Source: Kudoa neothunni
Lineage: Eukaryota; Animalia; Cnidaria
NCBI GenBank assembly: GCA_964304625.1
Contig: OZ199839.1
Span: forward strand, 4,265,292-4,329,291
Length of the DNA: 64,000 nt
Direction of reading: 5' to 3'
Part shown: in pieces, positions 1 through 14,005 of the stretch
Numbering within the stretch: position 1 is the first letter of the stretch
Layout: every line of letters starts with the position of its first letter
The notes under the pieces: generated by a model
Databases searched by the model: none
The model's input: the letters and a program-made list of their open reading frames with translations, nothing else
What the model was told of the DNA's origin: nothing
Position numbers and translations under genes: made by a program

Positions 1-17
1 AGGATTGGGAAACACTG
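1..17. mobile_element. Right terminal inverted repeat of a hAT-type element extending beyond the window start
   Basis: AGGATTGGGAAACACTG is the reverse complement of CAGTGTTTCCCAATCCT, matching the TIR type seen at 41257 (CAGTGTTTCCAGACCT) and 43580. Confidence 0.5.
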
Positions 18-645
18 GTATAGCATAACTCATCAAGAACCTTGACTGAGTTTTAACTCACCTAAAATATCAAAAAATAGTTGTACTCAAAATGTATTAA
101 ATTTATAAAATAAAAGTTTAAATAAATTTTTGATAGAGCAATTATGTAACGAAACAGTTATTACTCATATTTAACATTGAATAGTTCTGTTAAAATTCAC
201 TTAAAGAAACTAAAATATGAGTTATCGAGCGCCAAATCGTAATTACGATTATTTAACACAACCACGCCGCAATTAGATTGAATTTGACATCACCACTAAC
301 GACCCATTAAAAAATTGACATAGTTCTTTATTAATTGACACTATTAAATTAATAGAAGTTTATTGGTTATCTTAGTTATTAAGCCGTAATCTTGATACAG
401 TTAAAAATTATATCCCTCTCAAATGTAACAACATTGATTGACTCAGGCATTAGAAAAAAAGAAATATAATTTCGATCTATGAGTCGAAACTTTCCTTTAT
501 ATATTATAACTTAAGAAGATTATACAATTATTATCAGGTTAAAACTTGACTCAACTTAAATTAAAATTATACGTCAATTCACTTAACTAATTTAAAGAAA
601 ATCACAAATTAGTGGTGACGCAATGACTGCGCAGATAAAAACGAG

Positions 646-3600
646 ATGAATTCTGTCAGTGTACAGCATATACTCAATTCGATTAAGCAAAATCAATTTG
701 AAGAAGCTTTAGAAAATTGTGAAGTATTTGATGCGACCAAACATCTCTTTGTTCACATTAAATTCTAAAAGATATTCTTGAAATGTCAAAAATCACCCAA
801 GTCACCAAAGCTCTATACTGTGAATGTCATGAAAGCATACTGTTTGTTCAACCTCAACAGATTGGCTGAATCAAGAAAAATCTATGAGTTTGCAATCGAA
901 TATTTTTGTAAAATTAATACAAACAATTCTCTTATTCCAATTGAAGCTTATGAGGTAATTAATTTTCAAACACAAATTTATATCTCTACACAAATAATTG
1001 ATTGTGTTGATAAGAAAATTATTAACTAAATTCATAACATAGGGTTTAAGTAGTATATACGAGAGTAAATTGGAAACAAAAATGGATCCATCAACAGGAG
1101 CAAAATTAAGTCAGATTTATGATCTCATACTTCCATTCATGAAAACCAAGTAGAAAAAGTGCTGATTTAATTTTGATTCGATTTTGTAATAGAAGTGAAG
1201 ACAAATATGTGAAATATATGATGAAAAAAATAACGTTGGCACTCAAACTAATGGACACAAACAATGTATATTATTTCTGTTTTTTCCTTTTTATCACAAT
1301 CTACTTCTAGATGATGAATGATTTTACTGAATTTTATCAAAGTTTCAGCGATGGCGCGTTTAAATCAAACGTCAACCAATTATATCAGCAAGTGACAAAA
1401 GATCTTTTGGCTAAAGTAGTTCCAATGATAGAAAATCTCTCCAACGTTAATATAGTTCAATGGATATTTTTATTCACAAAAACGTATTATTGTGGGTCAA
1501 TCATCTATGAGTTTATGGTTGAAAGTAGCCTCACAATTTTATATCTTTTCATAACCATGGTGGACTAATTTTTCTCATTTCTAGATGTATGACTTAATGA
1601 TGAATTATTACAAATGGATTAATCAAGTAGACGAGTCTGAAAATGCCAGATTTTGTTTATCAGTCGCATACGATACGTTAAAAATGTGCATAACAATGCT
1701 TAAATTTTTGAATAAGTTGTACTTGAATGAAGCTATCGATTCATTTAAAGTTAAAAACATACCATGCAATACAGAAGCAGATATACATAGTTTGATGGAC
1801 AATCTAACTATAGATGAGCAGACTAAAAAGCAACAAATAGAATCCTACACGTCAGTAGTGGTTAACCGTCTTTACGAGGCTATTCATATTTTCCACAATG
1901 ATTTTCCCAATGATAGTCAAGTTACTGAAGTCATGAACATTTTTGAAATGAAAGCGTTTCTATGTAATCAAGCTAAAAAGTTTTAATTTCGTTTCATATT
2001 TAACGTCTGAAAATTATAGTAAAATTGAATGGAAATCTTATATTGAGAAATCCATCCACAGTCTTAGATACGAGTTTCTTTAAGAACATTAGTGATCTGA
2101 AGGACTTGAGTGGTTTCACGTCCTCATCAATGAGATACTTTTCTTACTGCATGGACTCAATATGCAATGATAATTTACCAGAAATCCATAATGTGGAATT
2201 TCCTCCATCAGATATATCTCTTAAATGTAGCGAATACTTCTATGTAGAGTGTGCTTATTTGACCACACTTTTTCATTGTTGTGACTATAGTCGGTTTATT
2301 GAACAATATAATTGCTTCTCTAAAAGTCTGATTTTTTAATTTATTTATTCTTTTGTTAAATTTCTTATAGGAATTATTAATAATTTTTATATGAACTCTG
2401 ACGAGAAAAGTTCTATAAACAGTCAATTATTGTATCTCTCATCAATAATTGTACGTAAAACGATACAGAGTTACATTTAGATTGATGAATATAATGATTT
2501 TTCTTAAATTGGGATATGTGGAAGAAGCTGAAAATTTACTTCTAGTAAATGAGAAAGTGATAATATTATAAAGCTTGTAAATATTTATTTTAATGACTCA
2601 TAAAGGAATTTTGCGAATGGTGCGACGAAGATTTTTATGTTTGTCAAATTATCCTTCAAATTATGAAACGTGATTTCTCAACTGCTAAGGTATCAGTTCA
2701 CTCTCGAATCACGGTTTTAACTGTGCTAATCAATATCAGCTTGTAAATTATAGATGACGCAAATTTTACAAACTTTTGTTAATTGATATTTAATAATTAA
2801 ATAAACTTTTCTTTTTGTTAAGCTGCATATTAATAGTTAATTTTGATTATATATCTGCTCTTAAATAGGATATAATTTCAAAATTTATTTCGAATCCCCT
2901 TATGAAAGATTATGTCAATGTATGATTTTTGAGAGGAAGACTGGGGGCGTATACTTATCTAATTTAGTTGCTATGGTTACTCCAAAGTAAATCCATGGAG
3001 GGCGAGGGTCCAATTACATCAGTTGTTGATTATCTGATCAAAAATCTCCATCCATTTTTGAATATCAACGATAGCGGACTGTTCTATTGTCATAGCATGA
3101 ACTTTTTAAACGAACACCTAGCCATTTATTTGCTAGCTAGCACTGAAATTCAGGCATATGATGAGTTTTTAATTGAGGTATTAGAAATTGTGTCCCTTGC
3201 TTGATTTAGTTTATTTGGTTGGAATAGATGATGAAAGATTCGCCGAATTCGATGGCACTTTGTTTTTTTGTTGGGAAAATGTTTTATCGCGATCCTCAAT
3301 TAAGAAAGTAACTTAATTGGACTGATGCTATCGTCGGTGATATTGATGAATTTTTTTGTAGGATCGCCCTTCAATGCTACTATAGAGTTTGTTCGCTTGG
3401 CTATCTGCATAAAATACACGTTGAGACAATGGTTGATGCCTTTGTGCATTGTGAACTTTGGGTTGGTTGTCTTAATTGAGTAATTTTTGTTTATCTTTGA
3501 TATGTAGAATCTTGCCATAAAAATATTAACCATCTGTGAATATAATGAGGCCTTCCAACAAGAGTAACCTTTTCATCACTTTTTTTATTTATTGTTACTG

Positions 3601-6600
3601 TTAACTTTTAGAATAACCTGGATTCATCGTACTCTAGCCTATATATATTTAAAAAGAAAAGAACTTACGCAATCTATACATCGGTCCTTGAATTTTCACC
3701 CCCATTCATTACAATCTATTATACTCACTTTTAGTCTCACCAAAATGACAGAAACTGGCTCTACGCATATGTATTAATAAACTCGAATCATTTCAATTTC
3801 ATGTTTAATTTTAGCGATGATCTAGTTTGCTTGGCTGAAACATTTCTCAAGAATAATTCCTATTCTCGCGCCTTACAAGTTGCTCAAGAGATCTCGACTC
3901 ATGTAAATAATAAGAAACTCCATTTTTCTTATTTTTCGATCTGTTAGAACGATTCAAGTCCATCTACTATTATCTATGGCCACATCTTGTAATTAGGCTA
4001 AATATTTTAAATTTTTCTCATAATCTTATACTTAGACTGGCTAAAACCTACCATCGCATGGGTTCATATGAACAAGCGATTAACTCTTTTAATAATATAC
4101 TCAATATGGATAAACTAACTTATGACGACAAAATTCAATGTGAATTCGGTATTATGTTTTTTAATTATATTGTTATTGTTGAAACAAGTTACAAATGTTT
4201 TAAATTTTTGTGTTCATCTAGGAATACTTGAGTGTCATCTCTGCCTTAGCACGATGAGATTCTCCCAAAAAAATATTCATCAAGCCAGAAATAATATTGT
4301 TTCTGCGTTAGATATATCCTTCAAGTGAATAAAAACCGCTTCGCAACCTAAATTTTTCATTAGATTAATTAATGATCGCCTTGACAATTCCTCGACACAA
4401 TTAGCTATTGCAGAAGCACACGTTCATTGTGTCATACTCGCTTCTCAATTGTTTGTGAATTATAATACCGGTCTTGCAAATGGATCTTCCGAGTTAGGGG
4501 GTATTTTCTATTCATTTAATATATGATTATTGTTTTTTGTGTTTATATATATTATCTATTTTTTTAAATTCTATAATATATATCAACATTCAGCGTTGTT
4601 TATAATAAAACCATGATTTTTGTGGTTCAAAAAATAATTAATGGTAAATATGACATAAAAATTGTTTAACGCTAATCCCATTATATATATATATATATAT
4701 ATGTGTATCGATATTCATGTGAATTTATCAGATAATTCCCATAGTTAATACAATCATTTTTTATTATTTTCAATTATTTATTATTAGAGTAGTTATAGTT
4801 CTCTCTTCTTTCGAGATTAATTTAATAAGTAATTCTTCTTGGAGATTTTAAATGTAAGTAGTACTTATTACTAAAAATATGGAGAAATACTTAAGATGAA
4901 ATTATTTAGATTAAATTTATTTTCGAATGTTAGCTAAGTATTAGATTGAGATGTAATAAATTAATTGATGATCATTGGGTATGCAAAATTGAGAATATAT
5001 GATATATAGATTCAAGTTCGGTTACGATGACTCCGACCGATTTAGCTCAGGAAGCAATAAAGTGACATTTTTTGCAGTTGCGCTTGTAAAATAATATTTT
5101 ATAGTGTTTCTAAAAATGTGATGTGCGCTCAAAACCCTACATCCTCTCATTTTAGATGGATTTTGGCGAGATCCTATCTTAACGCTCTTGAAATTTCTAA
5201 TGTAATCAAATTTTTGTCACTTTTTTCTTTTATTCGAATTTCAAGGCGGACTCCAATAAAAATGTCCTACCCGAGACACTCAGCAGATATCACCATGATT
5301 GTTTGGAAGAGTCGATCACTTCTTTGCTTTTAAATAGTGAAAATATATCAGCTTGGAATGATTTAGGCTGTTATCTGTACCGTTGTGGTAATTAATGTTA
5401 ATGAATTTCACCGTTTAATTATCAAGATAGACGCTGATATTAGATTGAGTAGTAGTGTATTTTTGGTGGCTTACTCCTTGTCTCAAAAAGTGGATTGATT
5501 GTTGCATACCATTTTAGTTGATGATTTTGCATAGGAAGAATTTATATCCAATGCTGGCTGCAATCTTGCCCATTGTTATCTTACTCATCATGCGCTGAAA
5601 GTAGGTTTCTACGTAAATAGTATTTTTAAAAGTCGGATTGTTTCTGGATTTTATTTACATCAGAATTTAAGTAGAATTATTCGTATGTTTTTCTTAATAA
5701 AAACACTTCATAATTTTTCCAACTTCTTAGTTATTCTACAATTTATAGTTCTATTTAATGTTTGAACATTTTCCTTAAATTATATAATTTGAAAAAAGCC
5801 GCGGGACAATTTGTAAACATGATAAACAAATGAAAATTAATTATATTCATAGATAATTTGAATTAGATAAATTATTTTAAATAAGGGAAATTTTAACAAA
5901 TAATTTCATAAAATAAAAAGTTTTATCGAAATGAATATTTTTGAGTCTAAGGCTAAAATTGGGCTGCATTCGTTTACATATTATGGAATTATGAAAATTA
6001 TAAAATATAGGAATTAGAGCATGGCTTATAGTCGATAAGCACTATCTTTTAATTTTAAAAACTTATTCATAATTTTTAAACCCTTGATTAAAATTCAAGA
6101 AAATTTATAATTTCTAATAAATCAATTATACTTATCGCGTATTTTAGTATATTTTTCGCATTCTATTGATTCTAAAATGTAGCATCACTCAATTCAAAAC
6201 TTAAATTTGATAAAGTTTCTGATCTAAGAGAAATCGATAGAAAATGTTTATAGAAAGCTTTGAGTATTACCTATGAATACTTCGAACATTTATGTTTTTA
6301 TTCTGTCTAGCTCGAAATATAAAATTTTTTCAAAAGTACGGAGTTATTTTATTTTTGCAGTTGAATTTAGACTGCTCATTTAATTAAAATTTAAAATTAA
6401 ACTGTTATTTGTCAGTTATATTTTATATTGCAACTTGTATGTTCTATTTTAAGTCGCAGCTGGGAAAACCTAATTGGAACTAATTTATCAAAAAAATAAA
6501 TGATAGAAATATGATCGTCGAAACCTAAAGTAATTATCTAATTGCTTGGTTATGTATTACAAGAAAAATGAAATTCAAATAATATGATTTGCTAAAATTT

Positions 6601-9600
6601 CTAAAGTCGGACCTAATTATCATTTAATAGGTAACCTTAAACAAGCCGATTTACACTTGCAGTTGCTTATTTGATTTTTTTATTATCCAAATAAAGTTTA
6701 AATGCAGTGTTATTAGTTTCTGGACAAAAATCGTAACCCCTAGAATTGAATTTTATAATACAATTTTTTAATTTAAAATACACTATTTATTTTATTCACG
6801 TAGAAAATTAAATGCACATATGCATTGTAAGATCTCATCTTGTTAAAATAATAATACTTTCCACAAAAAATCCTTAAGTAATCATTTTTATGCATGGATG
6901 TTTCTTTTTTTGCTGTTTTCAATGACGCTCAATACAAATTGTGACATTTTTATATATTTACCCCCTTTTTTTAATTATCATGGTAAAACTTGTTAAAATA
7001 AGCGAACAGGAGTCAATTACATTATTCTTAAGCAGAATAGATGTTACTGACAAGCTGATCGAATTATTTGTTGAATATGTATAAGTAAACATTGTACATA
7101 TGAAGTATGTATTGAAATGCAATTTGAATTAGACGAAAATTTTTTTCATAAACTCATTATTTTGTTAAATAAAAGTAAAATGTGAAACTGCGGAACGCTA
7201 TGTTTTAGTTAAATTATTTAAAAACCGCCTGAATTAATTAGTGGATCTCTTTACAAAATTTAACGACAAATATTCGAATCAAATAAGCACGTTTTTAACA
7301 AGAATTTTCGTACCCTCCTCTTTCAAAAATTATTGTATCAAATATGCGTAGTGTTTTTTAATATTTAACGTTTAATAAGTTTTGTATCTGTATGTGTAGA
7401 CCGCAGAAACATTGTACGATGGTGCACTCACCGATTCTTACAAGAACGTTGGTGCATGGCTTGGCAAATACCTTCTGAGCCAGTATTCAAACGCACAACA
7501 AACCGCCGAAATCAAATATCAATGTTTCGGATATCTTATGAGTGCTGTGGCATTGGGTTTTCATGTGAGATAATTATCCAACTTGGTAAACTAATAATTT
7601 TCAAATCAGAAAGAAGCATCAATTCTTGCTCTGAAATCCGCTCTGGATATCATTCACATTGAAATGGTTACGAAAAATGATATTTTTTCTGATAGCAATT
7701 TCATAATTGATATTATGAACAATAAACATATCACATCGGAAAGACTGAATTCTGTTGTCAACGATATCGATGCATATTTGGGTGATATGAAATTTTATTT
7801 AACTTAGTAAGTTACATTTAAGATGTTGCTTAGATTTACAACCACATGCTGAGAATGTTCGTTTTAACAGTTTAATTTTGAAAACACTTATACTGGGGCC
7901 AGCAGAAACTTATTCATTGGTTGAGAAGTAAAATTATTATATGGTTTGGATTTATATTGTGGAATTCGTATAGGCTTGACTCTTCATATCTCACTCTCGA
8001 GCTGACTACTTTAGCTTTCTATCTGTGCTTGTATGTTAGAAATTTAACTTAACCTGTGCCATACGTACTTATACGGGTTGTTATTAGCTTCATTGAAAAA
8101 GGCTCTTTAATGATAACAAATTTTGAGAAAAATGCCAACAAGGAAACAATAGAAAAATCATATGTGCGCTGTATGGTATTTGCGATGAACTTTTACAAAT
8201 GCCAAATGTATACCAAAGCCAAATATTGTAAGTGTTTTTGTTACACTATCAGATAACCTAGATTTTGGAGGTTTTAATCGCTTTGGCCTATTTTGATTTA
8301 GATTTCGAGAAGGCGCTGGAAATAATGCCAAACTACCATCAAAACTTCAACTCAAATGGTCTCCAATTGAGATGTTTGATATGGCTATGCGATTGCCGTC
8401 TAAATAAATCCACACAAAATGATCAAATTAACAATTTGTTAAAATCTCATGACTTTGGGCAAAAATCAAATTGTGGGACCGTTTCCGTTGTTGTTTTATA
8501 TGTCATGATCACATTGATCTACAACAATATGAAATACTCGCATGATTTATTCTTCATTCTTATTTCATTCGTCAACAATTCTGGTATTAGTCTATTACAA
8601 CTTCTCAGCAATTTTATTTCTGCGTAGAAAACAAATTTCATCAGTTTTACTCGTCATTTCCGTTATTCTATATCTTCGGCAAAACTAGAAAGTACAAAGA
8701 TCTTATTGCTTTATTTATGAACAATCTCCAAAGGTAACCTCCATATTTAATTTAATGTGTACATATTCTGGTTTAGATTCCCAAAAAGTGAAACCACTCA
8801 ACAGGTTGTTGCGTCTTCATTGCTGTTTTTAAAAAATTCCAAGGTATATTTCATTGTAATGGTCAATATTATACGAATTGAATTAGATTTGTTCTCAGGT
8901 GGATAATATTCTCAGCGCATTTCCAAAATCTAATGTGCCTTTCCAAACAATTATTATATCTTCATATGTAAATCAAATGTAAAATTCTTCATATAGGTTT
9001 ATAAAAGTCTTTGTCAAACTATAATACTTTCTGACACTTTTGAAAATATGGACTATTCTTACAATCGAGTAGTTTCATTCCTACATCAAAATGTAACAGA
9101 GCTCACGCCAGCAATTGCAACACTCGTATGGTTGTTGAAAGTTTCTATCCGGAGTCTAGAACATTTCCATGTCTATTTTAAAAATTTTAAAGGATATTTC
9201 ATTCGCTCTTTCAATAGCTCTCTTTTTATTGATAGAGCCGATCATACTATTTGCTACTTCACACTATTACTTATTCAATGTTTTATCACCAACAAAGATT
9301 ACAACTTAGCTTGTCATTATATGGAATGGTTAGAAAACTCCCAATTCGATTTTCCAATCGTTAAAATGACACGCCTTTATGTGAATTTGTGTTGCGGACA
9401 TAATAATAATGATTTGTCGAAACAACTCACCGATCTTGTCACTCTCATCATGTCTAAATATTCACTGTCCAACACCACCAAATATGACATATACGCCGTA
9501 ACTGTTATAGAATGAACATAGCTGATAGTGTTTAAATTGTAGTTAGCTGCATTTATCGAAAAGAAACGCAACAATGCTAACAGTGCTCTAATGTACTATA

Positions 9601-9961
9601 AAGAAGCGTTAGCGCTCTCTAATACCTCACCAGCGCATCAACGTTTTGTATTGTTCTCGATTATTGAACTTGCGTCGTTGGAGGAAACCCAATCAATCAT
9701 ATTGCACGCAAATAAAGCCCTCCTCTCAATTAAAAACAGTTGGCCTGAAGATGAGGCTACTCTCAATTATATGACTCTCTTTTTGAAACATCTCGCAAAC
9801 GACAAGTATTGCATTGATTGTTTTTCACCATTTTATATTCTTTTTATAGCTCTCACGTGAAAGATCACCTCGAGTGTGTGACAAATGATCATATCGATAA
9901 GAAGCTAGTAAAAGCTTGCAAACGTCGATTTTCTAGCGTTAAACCCAACTCTAAATCTTGA
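646..9961 (+). CDS. SKIC3: Multi-exon TPR protein, SKI3/TTC37 (superkiller complex protein 3)-like, highly divergent
   Basis: The spliced N-terminus MNSVSVQHILNSIKQNQFEEALENCE|IFLKCQ...KAYCLFNLNRLAESRKIYEFAI...EAYE|GLSSIYES parallels the TTC37 N-terminus (IRNKEYKEALKQCK...AWQGLANLYEK). Later exons (NAGCNLAHCYL at about 5550; TLYDGALTDSYKNVGAWLG at about 7410) parallel TTC37 mid-region TPRs. First intron 724-771; last exon ends at TGA 9959-9961. Many + strand ORF fragments from 778 to 9860 are its exons. Continuity as one gene across the longer introns is inferred. Confidence 0.65.
4682..4701. repeat. (TA)n microsatellite
   Basis: Directly visible TA run in an intron. Confidence 0.85.
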
Positions 9962-10554
9962 TATCGGTGTTTTGAATTTCCTCAAAAATTTTGTTTAATA
10001 TTACCATTTCATATATTTATGTATTTAGTCATTACCATCTAAAAATTGATATTTTTTAAATTTTAGAAGGTCATTTTTATCTCATTGTAGGGATTTTAAA
10101 GGAAAGAATAAGTTTATCTGATTCTATTGCTTTTTTAACCAACTCTACTTGGCTGAGTTGTTAATTAATATATGAGAAATTTAATTTTGGTAAATTAATT
10201 CGATTTTTGCATTAAAGTATTAAATTTTCTAAGATTACTAACGTTCCTATTAAAAAGAGACAGTTCAAATAGAAAAATTATAATTAATGATACAAGTAAA
10301 ACATAAAACACCAGATAAATATTTTTAATGAAATTTTTCATAGGCGACACCTAAAATGGCCTACAACATTTACGAACTTAAAATGGATATTTTGCCTTAT
10401 CAATTAATTTTGGTTGAATTTAAGATAATATGTAATATTTTGTCTTCTTCGCCCCCTTGAAGACTAATGATTTAGCTTATTAGCGTTATATTATTGAGCA
10501 TGATGATACAATGAATTTTTATCGGCATTTGCTTAGCACATTAATTTTGTAAAA

Positions 10555-10827
10555 GGCCATGGGCAGATAGCACATCGGTGTGACACTCGGACTCAGAACC
10601 TTGAGGTAATGGATACGAATCCGCCGGTGGTCAGACTACTGCTTCCGTGTCGATGGGTGTCTATCCCATATTTGGGAGTTATGGTTAAAGTGTACGCTCG
10701 CAGCGGAGTGGGATGCACTGGCAGCCAGATTTGCGTGAAATGGGGTGAGCGTGAATAGGAGTTTTAATCCCTGGAACCCATCGAAAGGCAAGGTAATTTG
10801 CAGTTCCCACAGAGCCAACGTCCTTAA
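10555..10827 (+). mobile_element. tRNA-derived SINE, copy 1, cut at a TTAA by piggyBac (3' part missing)
   Basis: tRNA-like head (AGATAGCACATCGG A-box-like; GGATACGAATCC B-box-like) and close colinear similarity to 31730-31987. It ends exactly at CCTTAA, where the piggyBac TIR begins. Confidence 0.8.
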
Positions 10828-11231
10828 CCCTTTCATGCCGGATGCTCGGTACACAGGACAGCTATTTGTCTCTAATTCTGAAACTTACTTAAGCGAAATT
10901 TCGTAATGTGATAAATATCGGTACAATATATTAAAGTAGTTGTTTCTTATTAATAGATTTCACAATTATTACTAAACATTACAATAATTAAACTAGGCAT
11001 TTAAAGTTAGAACCACTATACCATTTTAGCATTCAAAAGAATTTGATCATAACATTTAGGGCTTTCATAATTTACCAGAATAAAAATTTAACGTAGTGTA
11101 AATAATCAATTTCATTAAATAGATAGATTTATAAACGAATCAGGCGCATGATTTTTGAAATAATACAATGTTTAACACGTGTCTGTATACAGGACATCCG
11201 GCATTCGTGGACTGGATTTGGATTAGCCACA

Positions 11232-13094
11232 ATGGATCCTGACATTCGGACTAATAATGATGGAAGTGAAAACAAATTATCAGAAATCATTGGTCTAACT
11301 GATGCTGACATATCTGAACTAGATACGTATTCTTACGACGATCCAGTGATTATATCATCAAATATGAAAAGAGAAGAATGTGTCATCAGATGATTCCGAA
11401 ATTAATTCAGAAATAAAATGGAAAAAAACCTTGAGCAACGTAGGTTTGCCACAGGAATTATCCAACGATAACGATCATTTTGAAAATTTAAACGGGTTAA
11501 TTTATCCCATAGATTATATTGATAGATTATTCGATAATGAACTGATTGAATTGATTATTGTCGAATCAAATCGATACGGAATCTAGAATAATTCTAACTT
11601 TAGAACCTTTGTTCCAGAAATCGAAAGCTACCTTGGAGTACTGATCTTGATGGGGATTGTTCGAACGCCCCGTTACAGACGTTATTGGTCTAAATATTTT
11701 AATTATCCCCCCATTTCTGATGTCTGTTCGAGAGATAGATTCGAGCAGATATCAAAATATTTACATTTTTACGACAACGAAAATATTACAAATGATCAAT
11801 CTTCTCGATGCTTTGATCGATTTGCAAAAATTCGACCCTTTTCGGAACATTCAAGAATGCCGCTTTTAAAAATCAGTTCTGAAACTATCAATTCGGTGGA
11901 TGAACAGATGATTCCATTCAGGGGTAAATTTAATGCAAAACAATATACCCCAAATAAACCTAAAAAATAGGGTTTAAAGTTTTTGCATTATGTGGAAGAA
12001 GTGGGATGGTTTATAACTTTAATTTTTATGATGGTAAACCTCCTATGGTCGCTGAAAGTTGTAGCTTAAGTTCTGGAGATTATGTGATCAAGTTATGTGA
12101 GCATCTTCCTAGAAACAGAAATTTTCTAGTGTACTTTGATAATTGGTTTACGTCATTCAAGATGCAAATAATATTGAAAAGGGGACATTTATTCTGTGGG
12201 AATCATCGAATGAAAGTATGTCCTTTTCTTCCAAAAAAAGTGCTAATGAAGGAAGAACGTGGTGCTTTTGATTTTGCCCAAAGGTAAAATGAAAGTTTAA
12301 TGTTGACTCGATGGTACGATGATTCAGTCGTGACGTTATCATCAACTCATTCTGCTATTGAACTATTAACAACTTTATTCAGATTTGATAGGCGCCAAAA
12401 GAAGCGAGTTAAAGTAAATTGTCCAACTGTCGTATCAGAATACAACAAGAATGTGGGGCGTGTTGACCTGTCTGACATGTTAATGTCACTTTATAGATTG
12501 GGTTACAAGTGCAGAAAATTCTACATGCGAATTTTTTTTTGGGGGGGGGGGGGGTATCAATACAGCAATAACCAATTCATGGTCGCTATATAGATGGCAG
12601 TGCAAAATGCGCAATACATCAAAAGCGGAAGCTCTTGATCTGCTATCCTTGACAAACTCAATTTGTGAATCATTGTTATAAAAAAATCAATTATCCAGAC
12701 AAACTCGTAAATGAGACGGCCCAAATATTGATTCCACTCCAAACAATACCAACGAAAACATAAAATTACCACGGAAAAAATACATTTCATTATCCGATCA
12801 AATAAGACTTGATAATATAGGTCACCCGCCTGAAGTAACTTTATTTCCAAGAGGATGTAAAATTTTCGGAAGAAAAACCCAAGTAGTGTCGTGTCGAATT
12901 TACGTAGCGCTGATAGAACTCACAGTTTTTAACCGTCACTCAAATAGGATAATCTAGTGTAATTTATGCTACTTTTATAGTAATCTTATTTTTGCGTACG
13001 TCGATTTTATCGATAAGTAGTATGTTTGAAATGTAATGCTTCGTGCTGTCTTGTGAACGGTAGAAATTGTTTCTACATTTATCATAATAACTAA
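11232..13094 (+). pseudogene. piggyBac transposase pseudogene (frameshifts and stops)
   Basis: Motifs SRDRFEQI, RFAKIRP, SVDEQMIPFRG, QYTPNKPKK*G, YFDNWF, YNKNVGRVDLSD (DDD triad) and a C-terminal Cys-rich tail CLKCNASCCLVNGRNCFYIYH, spread over several frames. Confidence 0.9.
12888..13014. mobile_element. Small (about 127 bp) insertion interrupting the piggyBac Cys-rich domain
   Basis: Flanked by a direct duplication AAGTAGT (12881-12887 and 13015-13021). Removing it rejoins ...RKTQVV with CLKCNASCC. Ends are imperfectly inverted. Confidence 0.55.
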
Positions 13095-13333
13095 ATTATA
13101 TTTTATTAACTATTTTTTGTTATTTATGCAATTCCGTTGGATTTCTATCATGCGCACAAATTCCGATCCACGAATGCCGGGTGTCCGGTATACTGAGCAA
13201 CGTTTAACACCCCTTTTTATGAAATGTTTAAAAGTATTTTTAGGAAGTAACTATCGTTTTTATGTTAAAATTACTTATTTAAATTTATATATTTTTTTGC
13301 CGATAAATAAAAATTTAGGCGTGAAAGGGTTAA

Positions 13334-14005
13334 AGTAGTCTATCGGTATAACCAGATCTTTCAACTCATCAAAATTTGTGGTAGATATCTCTAATCCATT
13401 TTCTATATTTGGTGGAACAAAATCTTTTGGAAAATTGAAGTCTGGTAGTATATCATCATCGGAACTCTCAGAATTTTAAGTTTGGTCATGATTTTCGTCA
13501 TGAGTAATAGTTTCCAAAAAAGACGCATTTTCGATGTCATAAATAATGTCTGGTTCCGAAATATCTGTATCTGGAAAACAACGACCTCAGTTAAGGTTTT
13601 TTTCTCATCATCAGTTTCGAAAACTAGATCATGATCCATTATCCCAATCTTCGGCATTCCTCGAAACCCCATTGTCCCTTATATGACCGACGTGAAGTTT
13701 ATATGATTTATTATTAAATTTGTCATTTATTATAGTTATGGTTTATTTAAATAGTTTATTTATTACACTATATTCATGGTATATTAATCAATCACTTTTC
13801 GTTTCATTGCTTTAATGGGCGGCGATGATTTAAATGCTTATTACAATAAATATTATTTTATTATTTAATTAGTGGTGGAAATATAATATTAATATCAACA
13901 AGCAGAGATTAATTATTCACATTTAAAGTATGATAATGGTAAACTGAAATCGTAATTAATGTTCAAATTGTTTGTCCCACCGATGGGACATTGGGAACGA
14001 AAGGG
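13334..14005 (-). mobile_element. 5' fragment of a second, different piggyBac element
   Basis: The minus strand begins TTAA|CCCTTTCGTTCCCAATGTCCC at 14005. It encodes an acidic N-terminus and ...NFDELKDLVIPIDYF (compare ...FENLNGLIYPIDYI in the first element), then stops at the TTAA at 13330-13333. Confidence 0.75.

Larger units (their letters stand above)
10828..13329 (+). mobile_element. piggyBac transposon, near full length, defective
   Basis: TTAA|CCCTTTCATGCC ... GGCGTGAAAGGG|TTAA termini; subterminal inverted repeats (ATGCTCGGTACACAGGACA / TGTCCGGTATACTGAGCAA); internal transposase fragments. Confidence 0.93.

Noticed and set aside
10636-10854. Similar minus-strand ORFs at 10636-10854 and 31754-31951 as a duplicated gene
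   Set aside because: They are antisense readings of the same SINE.
12533-12554. T-run followed by a G14 run in the transposase as a programmed frameshift or G-quadruplex
   Set aside because: It sits in a multiply disabled pseudogene; homopolymer slippage or a sequencing artefact is sufficient.
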